This document shows, piece by piece, positions 51,830 through 64,000 of a stretch of DNA of 64,000 nucleotides. The stretch is from positions 31,186,001 through 31,250,000 of the forward strand of contig OZ024743.1 of NCBI GenBank assembly GCA_964016885.1, written 5' to 3'. This DNA comes from Eledone cirrhosa. Lineage: Eukaryota. The position numbers and the translations under genes are program-made. Below the pieces are notes generated by a model, which ran no database searches, was not told where the DNA came from, and worked only from the letters and a program-made list of their open reading frames with translations. The stretch's first letter is position 1. Each line of letters starts with the position of its first letter.

Positions 51830-52917
51830 CAAGTGCATATGATTTTCGCAAGCCATCTCAGGATGATGAGCTCGATGCAGTACATTTTATTCGGGTAACT
51901 GTAAGGAAGTATCACTTGATTTCTAGAGCACATGTAAATTAGTAGTCTAAGTGGTTAATCGGTGATTTGATTGAGAGTTTTCAGGACACCGTGATATGTC
52001 CGAGATTACTACGAGATATTGCTATATAAATAACTAGCTCAAATTAATATTAGATGTTAAAGAGCAGGTAAAGTAACAGATTTAAACATATTACACAAAT
52101 ATCTATTTATATTGAAAATTAAAGCTTCTAATATAGTTAAAATATGTGGTAGTATAGGAATCCTTAGTTGAAATACGAGTGGATTTTTTTGTTTAAATAC
52201 TTACAAACGATACGCACATAGATACACATTTACAAACATTGTTTGTGTATGTTGAGTGTGTGTACGTGTTTATAATTCGATATATGACTTTGTGGGGAAG
52301 TTAGTATGTATAGGAGTTGGTAAGTATTCAATTGATATTGAATATAAATCAAATGAAATTCACTGAATTACATGACCAAACATTAAACTGCCATTTTTAG
52401 ACGCAGTGAAATCAAACGCTCTAGCGCCTAACAATCTCTATGGCTTGCATTTCCTAAACCATAATTGATACTTTAATGGCGTAGTGAGGTCTACACTGTT
52501 ATGGTCTATGTAAGATTGCCAAGATATGAATTAAATTCCTGAGTGATTTAAGGTTTGTTGAACAGTTGATGTTGCTATGAAGACAATTTTGGGAGATATA
52601 CTTGCTATTATGGTTTTTATGTAACTTTAATATTCGTAAATGTTGTTGAATATTTATTTCGTAAATGTTGGAGGGGATATTTGTTTATGCAATGAGAATC
52701 ATCAAAATACATATAAGACATATGATAATGCCATTGAATAGATTAAGAGACCGCATAAAAGTTTAAATGTTCATGAAAATCGTTTAGATATTCCTCAAAC
52801 AGGGCATCGGTGTTTGCCATATATCTTAATAGATGTGAAGAACAAGAATTTGGCAATATGCAAAAAAAACTTGGTATGTCAGTGAAACCATAAAATGTAT
52901 TTCGAGCGATATACTTC

Positions 52918-52982
<65 letters not shown>

Positions 52983-53427
52983 CAGGGGGAGGGGCGAAGT
53001 GTTTATAAGTGTGTTACATATATCAATGCACAACTCTATGCCACCCTCTCTCTCTCACTCTCTCTTTATGTATATATAAATATATATATACCGTAACGAA
53101 TTTTTTTTTTTTTTTATCAGTGAATTGCTTGTATGCTTTCGGAATGCCCTACAGTGCTATTTCAAAATTCCATCAATGAGGCTCACTTAAGCCGTAATGA
53201 CATGAAATAGACTATAGAATATAGATGTTATATATGTTTTCTGTTTTCATATACACTTCTATTATACGCAAACGCTGTCTTAGTGCTACCGCCAATTAAA
53301 TATGCCATCTTCAGTAAATGATCATCAAACACAATTCTATATAGACTATATATAAAATTGTGCATATGCACATACACACCGAGACACACACGCACAGAAA
53401 CAGAGACACATGCACACATACACACAT

Positions 53428-53526
<99 letters not shown>

Positions 53527-54254
53527 CCTGTGTATGTGTGTGTATAAGTACAACGAAAGTGCCTAAGCGTAGAAATGCTATAATGATATCTTATGAAATA
53601 ATTGTTTCTACTTTTGGCACGAGGCCAGGAATTATCCCATTGCATTATGAAATAATAGGATGAAGACACTTAAAAGGCAGAAAAAGATGATGCCTACAGG
53701 CCACTATAAGGAATTGAACCCCATATCTTGTAGATGCCAGCTACTTGTAACAAGGAATTCAATCCCTCATAGCCGTCGTGCTTTGCTATATAATTAGCAG
53801 AAAGAACACAACTACCCTTCTGGCCCTGTCTGTTATTCAATCTTTCTGCCTGAGTGCTACATACGTTTACCTTACAACTCTGTTTTTTTTATTCCTATGG
53901 ACAATAATTCCACTTGGAATTAATTAATAGGGTAATATTCATACCTTTTCATATCAGTGAGTATTAAATGAACAATTTGCAACTCTATAAATACGGGGAT
54001 TGTAATGCTACACGTTTATCCCTACCACTTTGGTAATAGAGAAGTTACAATTTCATTAAATTAACACATATTGTATAATTATGATTAACCTTTCGTTATA
54101 TTACGTATGAATTAGCGGATATTGTTTTTAATCGTTTCAGCCACATATAATTGTGATGTGAAGGAATTTTAGAGTGCTGGTAATTATGATGGTAATGATA
54201 ATGATGGTAATGGCTATAAAATGGTAATATGGATAAATATATTTATGATTATTA

Positions 54255-54846
54255 TTAGCAGAATCAATATAGCGTTGAACTAAAATGCTTTACAGTATTA
54301 ATTTAGTCTTTTATACGTTCTGCGTTGGAATCCTCTGGAGTGAAATTTGCCTTTTATCCTTCCGCTGTTGATAACAATGCAGTCGATAATATCGACTGTA
54401 CCACTCCTACAATATATTTGGAAGTGCGCCAATGTTAGAAATAATATTGTTTAATAAAGATCATTAATAGCGCAATCAATGATGAACAATATTACTAGAG
54501 GAGCTACTATTACTTTATTTTCTGTTGTGAGCTGAAAGTACTGCCAGTGTTAAATTTGCCCATCGGTTCTCTAAGGAAAATACGCTATGATCTAGTCAAA
54601 TGTTGTGGCTAATCGTAATGCCCCTTACTAACTTTAAACTATGTTGTTGCTTGGAAAACGCGTTTAGTGTCGGCCTTCTAATATTGATCCTCTTTACCTT
54701 CTGACTTGAAATCCCGCCGGGGTATACATAATTTTATTTCTTATGAAATCGATTCAGAAATGAAATAGTCTACATGTTGGTCAATTTAATCGAAATTGTA
54801 ATAGCCAAAATTTGTGGAATTTTGCCTAAGTATGAAGCTATTATTA
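54255..54846 (+). mobile_element. Old SINE copies of the same family as those at 32-33 kb, ending in ATT tails
   Basis: Degenerate GTTCTGCGTTGGAATCC / TTCTGACTTGAAATCCCGCCGGGGT, TTTGCCTTTTATCCTT, GTGCGCCAATGTTAGAAATAAT. Confidence 0.5.
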
Positions 54847-54849
54847 CCC

Positions 54850-57232
54850 CCATCTTAATAAAACCACGATTCTGTCTTCGGCGGACCCAGATGGACACGA
54901 GCTGAGCGATTCCTTTCGCCAACATTTTGCTAGGTTTTTCGAAGGAAGTGGCGGATCAGAGGCGGGAGCAGACTTCAGTTGCTACCTCGATGGTTTGACG
55001 CAACTCTCGACGGCCGACGCCGGGCACCCCGAAAGGCCGATTACTTCAGCCGAGATTCAGGATGCCCTTGTCGGCTGCATGATGCGCAAGTCACACGGTT
55101 TGGATGCTCTGGCCTACGAGCCTTACGTAAATATGCCAGACTTGTTCTCCAATCTCCTCGAAGCTCTCTACTGCAACTGGCAGCAGCATTCCCAGTTCTG
55201 TGAGCCGGAGCAGAGTGACGCTGATAAAGAAAGACTAGAACAAGAGGGACACATTAGACAATTTCAGGCCCGTAACTCTGCTGAACATAGTGTTTAAGAT
55301 TTTAGCCAGGGTGTTAGCGAAGAGGTTGGCGCTTGTCGTCGGGGATTTGGTTGGGGAGGCGCAAACTTGCGCATCCCAACCAGGTCCATACACGACAACC
55401 TCCACTTGATGCGATACATCATAGAGAGGGTAGGGTGTAAACCTGGTTTCGCTGGGACTCTGATCGATCTAGATCAATCGAAAGCATTCGATAGGGTCGA
55501 CCATCGGTACCTGGAGGCTGTCCTCAAAGGGTGCCCTGTCTCCTCCCTTCGGTACGTATTGACACTCGAGCCTTTACTACGGAAGCTGGAGCTGTTGCAG
55601 GGCGTCCCGCTCGAACCGGGACGCGGAAAGGCTGTGTCGGCTTATGCGGACGAGATCACCGTGATGGTGTAGGACACCTCACAAATCGAGGTGGTCGGCA
55701 ACTTAGTGGAGGAATATGAGAGGTTGACGGGAGAAAAACTTAACCCGGAAAAGTCGGTGGGCTTGCAACTCGGCACCTGGAGAGTCAAGTCCATGCCGTC
55801 CAACAGAGTCGTTAGGCACTGGACGTACGGGCCTGTAAAGCTGCTCGGGGTTTGGTTCGGGCCAGACCTCCAGGAGGATGAGAATTGGGACCAGGCGACG
55901 GTCAGGGTAGCCAGTCTCACCCAGAAATGGGAGGGAGGAAGCTATCACTGAAAGGTCGGGCGGAGGTGGCGAAAGCGTACATCGCGTCCGTCATCTACTA
56001 CCGTATGACTGTCGTCCCTTGCCCACGTTGGCGCCTCGCCATCTTGGAGTGGCTCGTCTTCAAATTATTGTGGATGGGTCGGGTTCCGCTGGTGAGGCGG
56101 TCCATCTGCTGCTAGCACCCTCTACGTGGTGGGCTGGGCATGCCGTGGCTAATGATGCCCAGACACGCGCTGATGCTGTGGCATCTCCAGATATTCTGCC
56201 TAAACGGTGAACAGGTGTGGTCGCCGTTTGTCAGACTGAGCTGCAGTCCTGGGTCAAGAAGAGACTGAGACTGGGTGACTGGCATCTGTGATGTTGCCAG
56301 GCACTCAATGCCCTCTACCAGGCGGGAAATGCGGTCAGTGGAAATTCCACTCTCGAGTTCTATAGAGGATTAGTTGTGGGAGGTGCGCCGACGCACTCGG
56401 AGAGGCTCTGAGAGTCGATGAAATCGAACTAACCAGTCTGTTCCGGAGGACTTTAGAGCCGGGGACGATGGATAATGTCCAAAAATCCCTCGTTTCGCTT
56501 GGCAGTGCCGGTTCATGACAAACTCTACAGGCACGGAAGTGCTGTCAGACGGACCTGCCCGAGATGCGCGCAGAGCGACGAAACCGTTCTGCACGCACTC
56601 AGCCAGTGTCCGTGCATTACTGACTTGTGGAGTTATGTCGAACAGCTGTTGTGGCGTGAAGAATGGATTCGGCTATCGGCCGAGTCCATAGTGAAGATCG
56701 CCTCGCCGACCTCCTTTGGTCAGGAAGGGCAGGCAATTTTCCTCTGTCTGGTGGTAGTAGCGAAAGAGATTGTATGGTGGACAAGGTTGAAAAGACTGAA
56801 GACAGACAGTTTTCTCTTCGGCCAATCTCCCTCATCAACTTTTTCAAGTTTCACTTGGAAAGGAAGGTGAGTGTGGAGAGAGAAGTGCCCCCCCCCCAGT
56901 ACATTTGCTGAAGGTGGATGAATGTGGCGAGAATGGCCCGTGTGAGTGTGCCTATTCTGGTCATGCGCCCGTAGGTGGGTAAATTTGAGGAGGAGAGGAG
57001 TGCCCTTCCAGGGTGCTCTCGAAGCGTCGGGTCGTTCAGGATTGGTGGGGTACCTGAGCGAACCGTGGGTTGTCAAGCCCCCTATTGGGGAATGTTTCTT
57101 GTATTTTTATTGTTACTTTGTTATTGTTATTCATATTATTTACTCGATTTTTCTGTAAAACCCCACTGTCCCAGTCTTTTGTATTGTCCCCTATATGTTG
57201 GCCCTTGTGGCCAATATATGAAATTATTATTT
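54850..57232 (+). mobile_element. Tx1/L1-clade LINE copy C, 5'-truncated, internally deleted
   Basis: RSIHDNLHLMRYIIERV, LDQSKAFDRVDH, SAYADEI, LLGVWFGPDLQ, CPRCAQSDETVLHALSQC; 3' UTR CCCCCTATTGGGGAAT shared with copy B; ends GAAATTATTATT. Confidence 0.9.
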
Positions 57233-57735
57233 ATCATACACCCACTATGATTTCTGTTCAGAAACCGGTAGTGTTAACATTACTTAGAATTTATAAAAAT
57301 AATTACCTTTCAAATTAATTAGATTCAACCGATTATACCTGTCCTTTTCTAATTTCTAATCATGTACCAACTAATATATCATAATCAACACTTTTCTAAT
57401 ACTATTAGCTTTCTTTATTCCTCTTTATGACTTAGATGTTAATTATGTACTTCACGATGACGGTGATGGTGATGATGGTGATGGTCATGATGGTGATGAG
57501 GAAAATTACCTCAACTTCTTTTAGCGGCAGCGAAGAGAATAAGAATGTACATGTATGTGTGTGTTTATAATATATATATAAGGGATAACAAAATATCGTT
57601 ATAGGTAATCTAGTTAGAGGTTGTGAATACTTTGTATTGTGGATACATTTACCGTACGGCGTTGTTTGACACGACAAGAGGTTTCCGTAGGTGGCGAGTT
57701 TATGAGTTTTCTTGTAGGTTTATCTTGGAGTAATA

Positions 57736-58079
57736 ATATTGAAAGAGTGAAGAATAACATGGTCAACAGTAGAAAAGGGGATTTTATTTACAGACTTAAC
57801 AATTGTTTCACTGATTAAGTTGTCTAAAAATTGCTGAACACTTGAAGGTGTGCCACTCAATTTTAAATACGTTGTTAGCTTAACCAGATCATCAGCAGAA
57901 CTGATCGTCCGATTGTCTTCTGATGATCTGTTTAAGCTAACAACGTATTTAAAATTGAGTGGCACAGCTTCAAGTGTTCAGCAATTTTTAGACAACTTAA
58001 TCAGTGAAACAATTGTTAAGACTGTAAAAAAAAACCTTTTTTGTACCGTTGACCATGTTATTCTTCACTCTTTCAATAT
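57736..58079. mobile_element. Palindrome (160-bp arms, 24-bp spacer) of hammerhead-bearing repeats
   Basis: Arms 57736-57895 and 57920-58079, each beginning with CTGATGA and reading outward. Confidence 0.85.
57915..58022 (+). ncRNA. Type I hammerhead ribozyme with extended (~79-nt) stem II
   Basis: GTCTT-CTGATGA-[CTGTTTAAG..AAAATTG..CAATTTT..CTTAATCAG]-GAAA-CAATTG-TT^AAGAC; stem I GTCTT/AAGAC; palindromic loop III. Confidence 0.65.
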
Positions 58080-58328
58080 ATATATATTTATATATATATC
58101 CAGGGAGTGTAACGCGGAGTTACTATAGGTTTACCCGGGTGAGCACTCGCTGTTTAGGTTCGATCTGTACCGAATCTATATTCCGCTGCGAGACGCGCGT
58201 CACCAACCAATAAACGTAATGAAGGAGTAACCACTCTTCCTTGTTTTATTTTATTATATATATATGTATGTGTGTGTGTGTGTGTTTGATCATATACATA
58301 TATATATATGTGTGTGTATATATATGTT

Positions 58329-58360
<32 letters not shown>

Positions 58361-58394
58361 CTTTTGTGTGTCCGTATAAATAATGTTTTTTTAT

Positions 58395-58495
58395 GTAAGC
58401 ACACGGCCACCAATTTTGGGGCAGTGGAAAGACGATTAAATCGATTCCGTAAGGATGATAGGTAACGTTAACCTCGGCGTGATTTGAACTCAAAT
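58395..58495 (-). mobile_element. Partial SINE (same family as 32-33 kb)
   Basis: GTAAGGATGATAGGTAACGTTAACCTCGGCGTGATTTGAACTC. Confidence 0.6.
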
Positions 58496-60129
58496 CATAT
58501 GTCCATGTGAATAATAAAACAAAATAACAAAGCAAACCGCACAGTGCATTGAATGACTATGCTAGTTTCACGCTTGAAATAAAAGGAAAAGTGTATCAAT
58601 GTCACGGTCACTAGTCCTTCATAGAAGTTAGAAACGAAAAATAAAATGCAAAGAAAAAGAGTGAGAAAAGGAAAGGGCTGGGAAAACGCAAAGAAAATGA
58701 GGGGAAGAACACAAGTGCGGATTCAGTCTGCCACTTTACAGATTTGATGGTTAAGGTGTATCTTCCTCGTGAGAGAGGTTTAAGTAGTAAGGTAATCATT
58801 GTAGATTTAGGGTGGACATGTGTATATGCAGGCATGATTGCGTGTGTGAGAGCGTGTTTGTGGGCATGTGTGTATATGCATGTGTGTGTATATGCATGTG
58901 TGTGTATATGCGTGCACGTACATATACGCGCGTGTTGGTGCGTTTGTATATAGAAAGATGGACGTTGGACCCTCGCAAGCTGGCTCCTGTTAAAATTGTG
59001 GATGTGTGAGTGAGTGAGCGCGCGTGAACTCGCCACCGTAGGGGTGTGTGCAAGAATGTATATGGATGTCTATATATACGCACATAGTAGCAGCCAAGAA
59101 GGGCTGTGTAGAAAAGGAGGTGATACCGAATATGATCGTTACCTTTATATTTCATTTCGTGTAATGTGCAGGTTGCTTAGTTTTGGTGTCATTGCAAGCG
59201 CCTAAGCTAGAATCATTGATTAGCAGTGTTAAATACCCCCTCATGTAAACTCCATCCAACTGAATCAGCATCAGGATGTCAGTACGTATGTATGTAGGTC
59301 GGAGGGCGGTTTCAAAAGCCGTTTCATAAAACACTAAACGACTTTTACACATCCGGAGAAACGAACACACTCGAAGCTGGCACTTCATCTGCTCCCTCAA
59401 GGAAACACGTTCGAACCTCTCCATTAAATGACAGATCCTGGAAAAGTCCGGCCGTAAACTTAATGGTAAGAAAAGATATAAATTGTACAACAATGAACGA
59501 TGAAATACCCTAAGACACCTGCATTCTATGATAACATGTCAAAATACGAGGGTTGACTTTTGTTACCGCCTCTGTCGCACGAACAAAAAACTAAACTCTA
59601 CTACTTTGTAGAAACCTGGATAACATCTGGACAGTCAGAAATCACACTCTTGCACTCTTACTTTATCCCCAACCCTCAATGATATATTTCTTACACACCA
59701 AATGAGAAAAACACGAGCACAACTTCTATGAAGTTGTAACGTCTATAATGTCTATTGAGCAGCCACGAAAATGTTATGTAACAGACCTCTATCTCTTCTC
59801 AGCTACACAATAAATTTCTTAAATTTAACCATGAAAAAATACCCAGTATTTTGCACAAGTATAAGTACGAAGTATTCCCATTATCCAACAGACTTTCGAA
59901 ACACCGTACCGCCACTTCCATGAGAACTCTAGTAGTATTTTCTTTTACCACATGTAATAAAGATATCTGTCTGATGAGCATCAGACACGAGAATTTCCTG
60001 AGCGGAATGCGCGTAGTCGACGAAAGAAAGTGTGAATGTAATCAAAATATTGTATTTTATAACTCTCTTCTCTCGGTCTGAGTGCTCTGCCAATTTTGGC
60101 TATAAATGTGTTTACATAATTCACTACAT

Positions 60130-60210
60130 CGAGGTTTACTTTGCCTTTCATCCTTACGGGGTCGATAAAATAACGCACCAGTAATACACTGTGCCAAACG
60201 TAGAAACAAT
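60130..60210 (+). mobile_element. Partial SINE (same family)
   Basis: CGAGGTTTACTTTGCCTTTCATCCTTACGGGGTCGATAAAATAA..GTGCCAAACGTAGAAACAAT. Confidence 0.65.
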
Positions 60211-60268
<58 letters not shown>

Positions 60269-61691
60269 AAGCGACACTGTTACCTGTGGCATAAAGACAC
60301 CCCTCCTTCTACAGGCTGGTACGTGTTGATCCTACACCCGGAGTTAGTAATTTCGATTTGTTTCCGTTAATGGACATGTATGACAAAAAAAATGACAATG
60401 TAGGTTTTACTTTTCACATAATATATATATATATGGAGGTGGGGGGGGGGGGGTACTTGCGTGTGCGTGCGTGCTTGTGTGTGCGTGCATGCGTGTGTGT
60501 GTGTATATATATATACTTACATGTACGTCGTGCGGGAGGGATTAAGGAATATTGAATGAGATATAGTTAATTTGATATGCAGTAAGCGTTAGAAGACCTC
60601 AATATCTCTATAGAAATTGCAAGAGAAACTAAAATATAAATAATGTTTCAGAGTTATAAATTTTACAAAATATGTTTTCTATGTACTTCCTACACTTAGA
60701 TGTTTCACAAACACTGACACCTACTCATACAAAGCACATATTTATTTCCGCACATTACTATGCCAAACACAACCGTATGCATGCTCCGAAAACGTACATA
60801 TTCCCTTCACAGATATCTATACATAACATATATAAATCATTTTATATAATAATCTGACACGTACTTCTAAAAAGAGCGAATAAAATTTGCCTGCATTAAT
60901 CATATATTTCTTGAGTCATCTTCTTAATTGAGTATATATCCATGCCTATACATACAACTAAATACGAGCAGCCATATATTGTGCTTGTGTGACTGAATGC
61001 GGGTTTGTGTGTATGCTATGTTTACTGCATGTCTATGCCTATACACGCACCCACACCCACATACACACACACATACACACACACACACACATATAGATAG
61101 ATAGATAGATAGGTAGATAGATTGATAGATAGGTAGATAGATAGATACATACATACACACACATATATATGTATATATATGGGTGTGTGTATGTGTGCAT
61201 GTGTGTATGAGTGAGTGAATGCAGAAACAAACATAACTGTTTACATATTCATATGCACCCAGCAAAAGAAATTCATTATATATATATTTTTGGGGGGAAT
61301 TTAATTTAAGAGAGTCAATATATGTTGCCAATTCAGTTAAACACATTGGCATGACATTAGAGAAATCTAGAGAAAGCCTGCGCCAAAGAGAAAATTCTGG
61401 CTACTTTGATCCCTTATTTCAATGTATGTAGTGAATGTTGATCGTCTAAATTTGATAGCAATTTGCTAATGAATTTGTTTAGCTGCATAAATATTTTGTT
61501 CACACGTTGGCTGATAGCCAACACTATAAAATTTTACAGTAATATAGACACACGTGATTATATTGAAATCCAATCCAGACCATAAGTGAGGATAAAATAA
61601 CTCACACACAAACAGACGAACACAAGCAAGAATCAACAATGCACACCAACAAACACGCACGTATCACCCCCTCTTTATCTCTCCCTTTGTC

Positions 61692-61732
<41 letters not shown>

Positions 61733-61959
61733 AGATATTGGCAGATGCAACGAAGATTATTCGTTTTTATTTATTGAGTATTGAATATTATCATTATTTA
61801 TTATGTATAGGTGATGTATCTGGTTTGTCTGACTATAGACATATAGATGAAATCGCTTCACAACCACTAGGTCCATATTAAGAAAATAAAACAAGATGGA
61901 GAATGGAATTTAGAGATAAACTTTAGTTCAGATCCAATAGTAATATTTCATCGATAACT

Positions 61960-62480
61960 TCAAATTGTCTGTGTCCTGGTGACGCAATTAATATCAGTAG
62001 AATCAAGTGAAAAACTGTGTATGAACTCTTTGTCAACCTGGCCGCGTCAGTCAGTTTTGTAGGGTTTCTCCCTCGTGTTGCTGAAAGGCTAAACGATTGA
62101 AAGCGCTTTTTGTTGATATTAGGTATGTGTGATATTATTGTTTCCATAGTTTGCGTGAATATCGGACCTATCTGTCCCAGGCCTAGAAGGTGAGTTTGGT
62201 TAGAACCGCCATTGTATTTGTGTTATAGCCGTGAAGAACGGTTTAAAGATAGTAGCAAAATATTAGGCCAGATTGATAATATTGTAGGTTGTTGCAATAT
62301 ATGCCACCTCTCTCAGAGGCGTGATGAGAGGAGCAAGATCTGTGGCAGTATGTCTAGAAGCCTTCATTTGTTGCTGGGAATTGTATACCCTTGGTGACCA
62401 AGCCTCCATATGAAACACGATGGCATATCATTGTACAGAATTGATTGTATGTAAAACGTACGGTTGAGTGAAAGAGACTG
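61960..62480 (-). mobile_element. Possible CR1/L2 LINE 3' fragment
   Basis: Frameshifted LLPL..ERWHI..YNIINL and FQSFSL segments resemble CR1/L2 ORF2 C-termini; weak. Confidence 0.3.
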
Positions 62481-63085
62481 AAGACTACGGACAAAGAAAG
62501 GCAGCGAACATCGAGAGGAGAGTTGGTAGCGTTTCTGCAATTCGGAATTGGTGTATGTGTTGGGGATTGTGTGTTTTTGTTTTACCTATAACGTGCAATA
62601 CTTGAAGCGATATCTTACACTGCATTCTACAGTTGTTCGGTTTATTTAGACGTGTTTTCCTCTTGAAATCTGCTGGTAGTCCGGAGTTAATTAACATGGT
62701 TATTACAATTCTATAACAACATGTGTTGATTGAATTCCTCTTTCTGATATAGCCACAAAGGTAATTATGCGTAGATACAAACAGATGTGCACACGTACAC
62801 ACATTCACAGACACTTGCACACATACGCTCTCTCTCTCTTTCCCTCGCACACACAAAATAGTGTGTATATGTGGCTAACTCTTCGATTAAATTAATGGAA
62901 CTGTTCTATGTGTGAGTGCAGGTGATTTTTCGCTTTTAATCTAATAACGTTTCTGAACGAAGGCAATACTTATATAATTATATCATTATGTAATAATTGT
63001 ATAATTTGTGTCCGTCTTGTGGAGGGTATTGTTTGTGATATTGCTTTCGCATAATATATGACCTATATATATTTATATATACATA

Positions 63086-63137
<52 letters not shown>

Positions 63138-63143
63138 AAAAGT

Positions 63144-63196
<53 letters not shown>

Positions 63197-63400
63197 CAGT
63201 ATTTACGTATCGAGAGAGAGAAAAAAAGGGGAGGATAGGTGATACATATAGTTATTTGCCAAGTAGCGTATTCCAAATGTGCTCGATACTAGTGCCGGAA
63301 GTATTAAATATTCGAAGTGTTAATATTTAGTGGGCTAGAGAGTTAGCAGAGCGTAAGCACGTGGGAAAGTAAGACATCGGAGAATAGACCGTTAAAACAT

Positions 63401-63461
<61 letters not shown>

Positions 63462-63532
63462 AAAAGTACATATATATATAAGGAAAATATATATATATAA
63501 TATATATATATACATATATATATATCAGAAAA

Positions 63533-63584
<52 letters not shown>

Positions 63585-64000
63585 ACTTTTCTTTCATACG
63601 AAAGTTAATTAACAGTTTTTAACCGAGTATTATGATCCGGAATTCGTGTTGCACATTAGCAATTTCATTCTTTTGATTTTCTTTATGCTGTTCAAGGTTG
63701 TAAATTTCTCGTTGAAAATATATTTCATAATAAAAAAAATCAATCCAGAGTATGAACTGTTTATATCGTTTTGGATGGTCTTCTATTCTGAAAGGTGAAG
63801 TAGCTAACCGTATCTTCTGAAGTGTGTTTGACAAATTGCACAATACGTATGCGTTGCAGATGGGTGTTGCACGTAGTTTGATGAAAGATACATCTAGCAC
63901 TGAAGTTGGAAATCAACTAGTTTTTTCTAACCCTTGATCTGATGATAGTCATTCTTCATGCCAAAGTCAACATCTTTCTGTTGAAGAAGGATACATCCGA

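Noticed and set aside
59965-60030. CTGATGAG-CAT...ATGC hammerhead-like start
   Set aside because: No GAAA after the putative stem II; at best a decayed remnant.
63935-64000. CTGATGA near the window end
   Set aside because: No GAAA or stem III within the window; cannot be evaluated.

Overview
Eukaryotic, AT-rich, microsatellite-dense intergenic or intronic DNA, most likely cephalopod (Octopus-like SINEs; this is an inference). No host protein-coding exon is recognisable, and most listed ORFs are translations of (TA)n/(CA)n tracts or transposon antisense frames. The window holds decayed retroelements: two Penelope-like elements (PLEs, GIY-YIG), three Tx1/L1-clade LINE copies tied to (ATT)n repeats, R4/Dong-like, RTE-like and CR1-like fragments, tRNA-derived SINEs and Helitron termini. 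The main observation is a ~4-kb palindrome (40973-44979) built from apparently identical 466-bp tandem units. Each full unit carries a canonical type I hammerhead ribozyme and an octamer (ATGCAAAT), which makes it a young retrozyme-like array. A diverged sister unit at 1-512 shows covarying ribozyme stems. Five other loci show the same geometry of outward-facing hammerhead-like pairs, which suggests a shared PLE-driven insertion mechanism.
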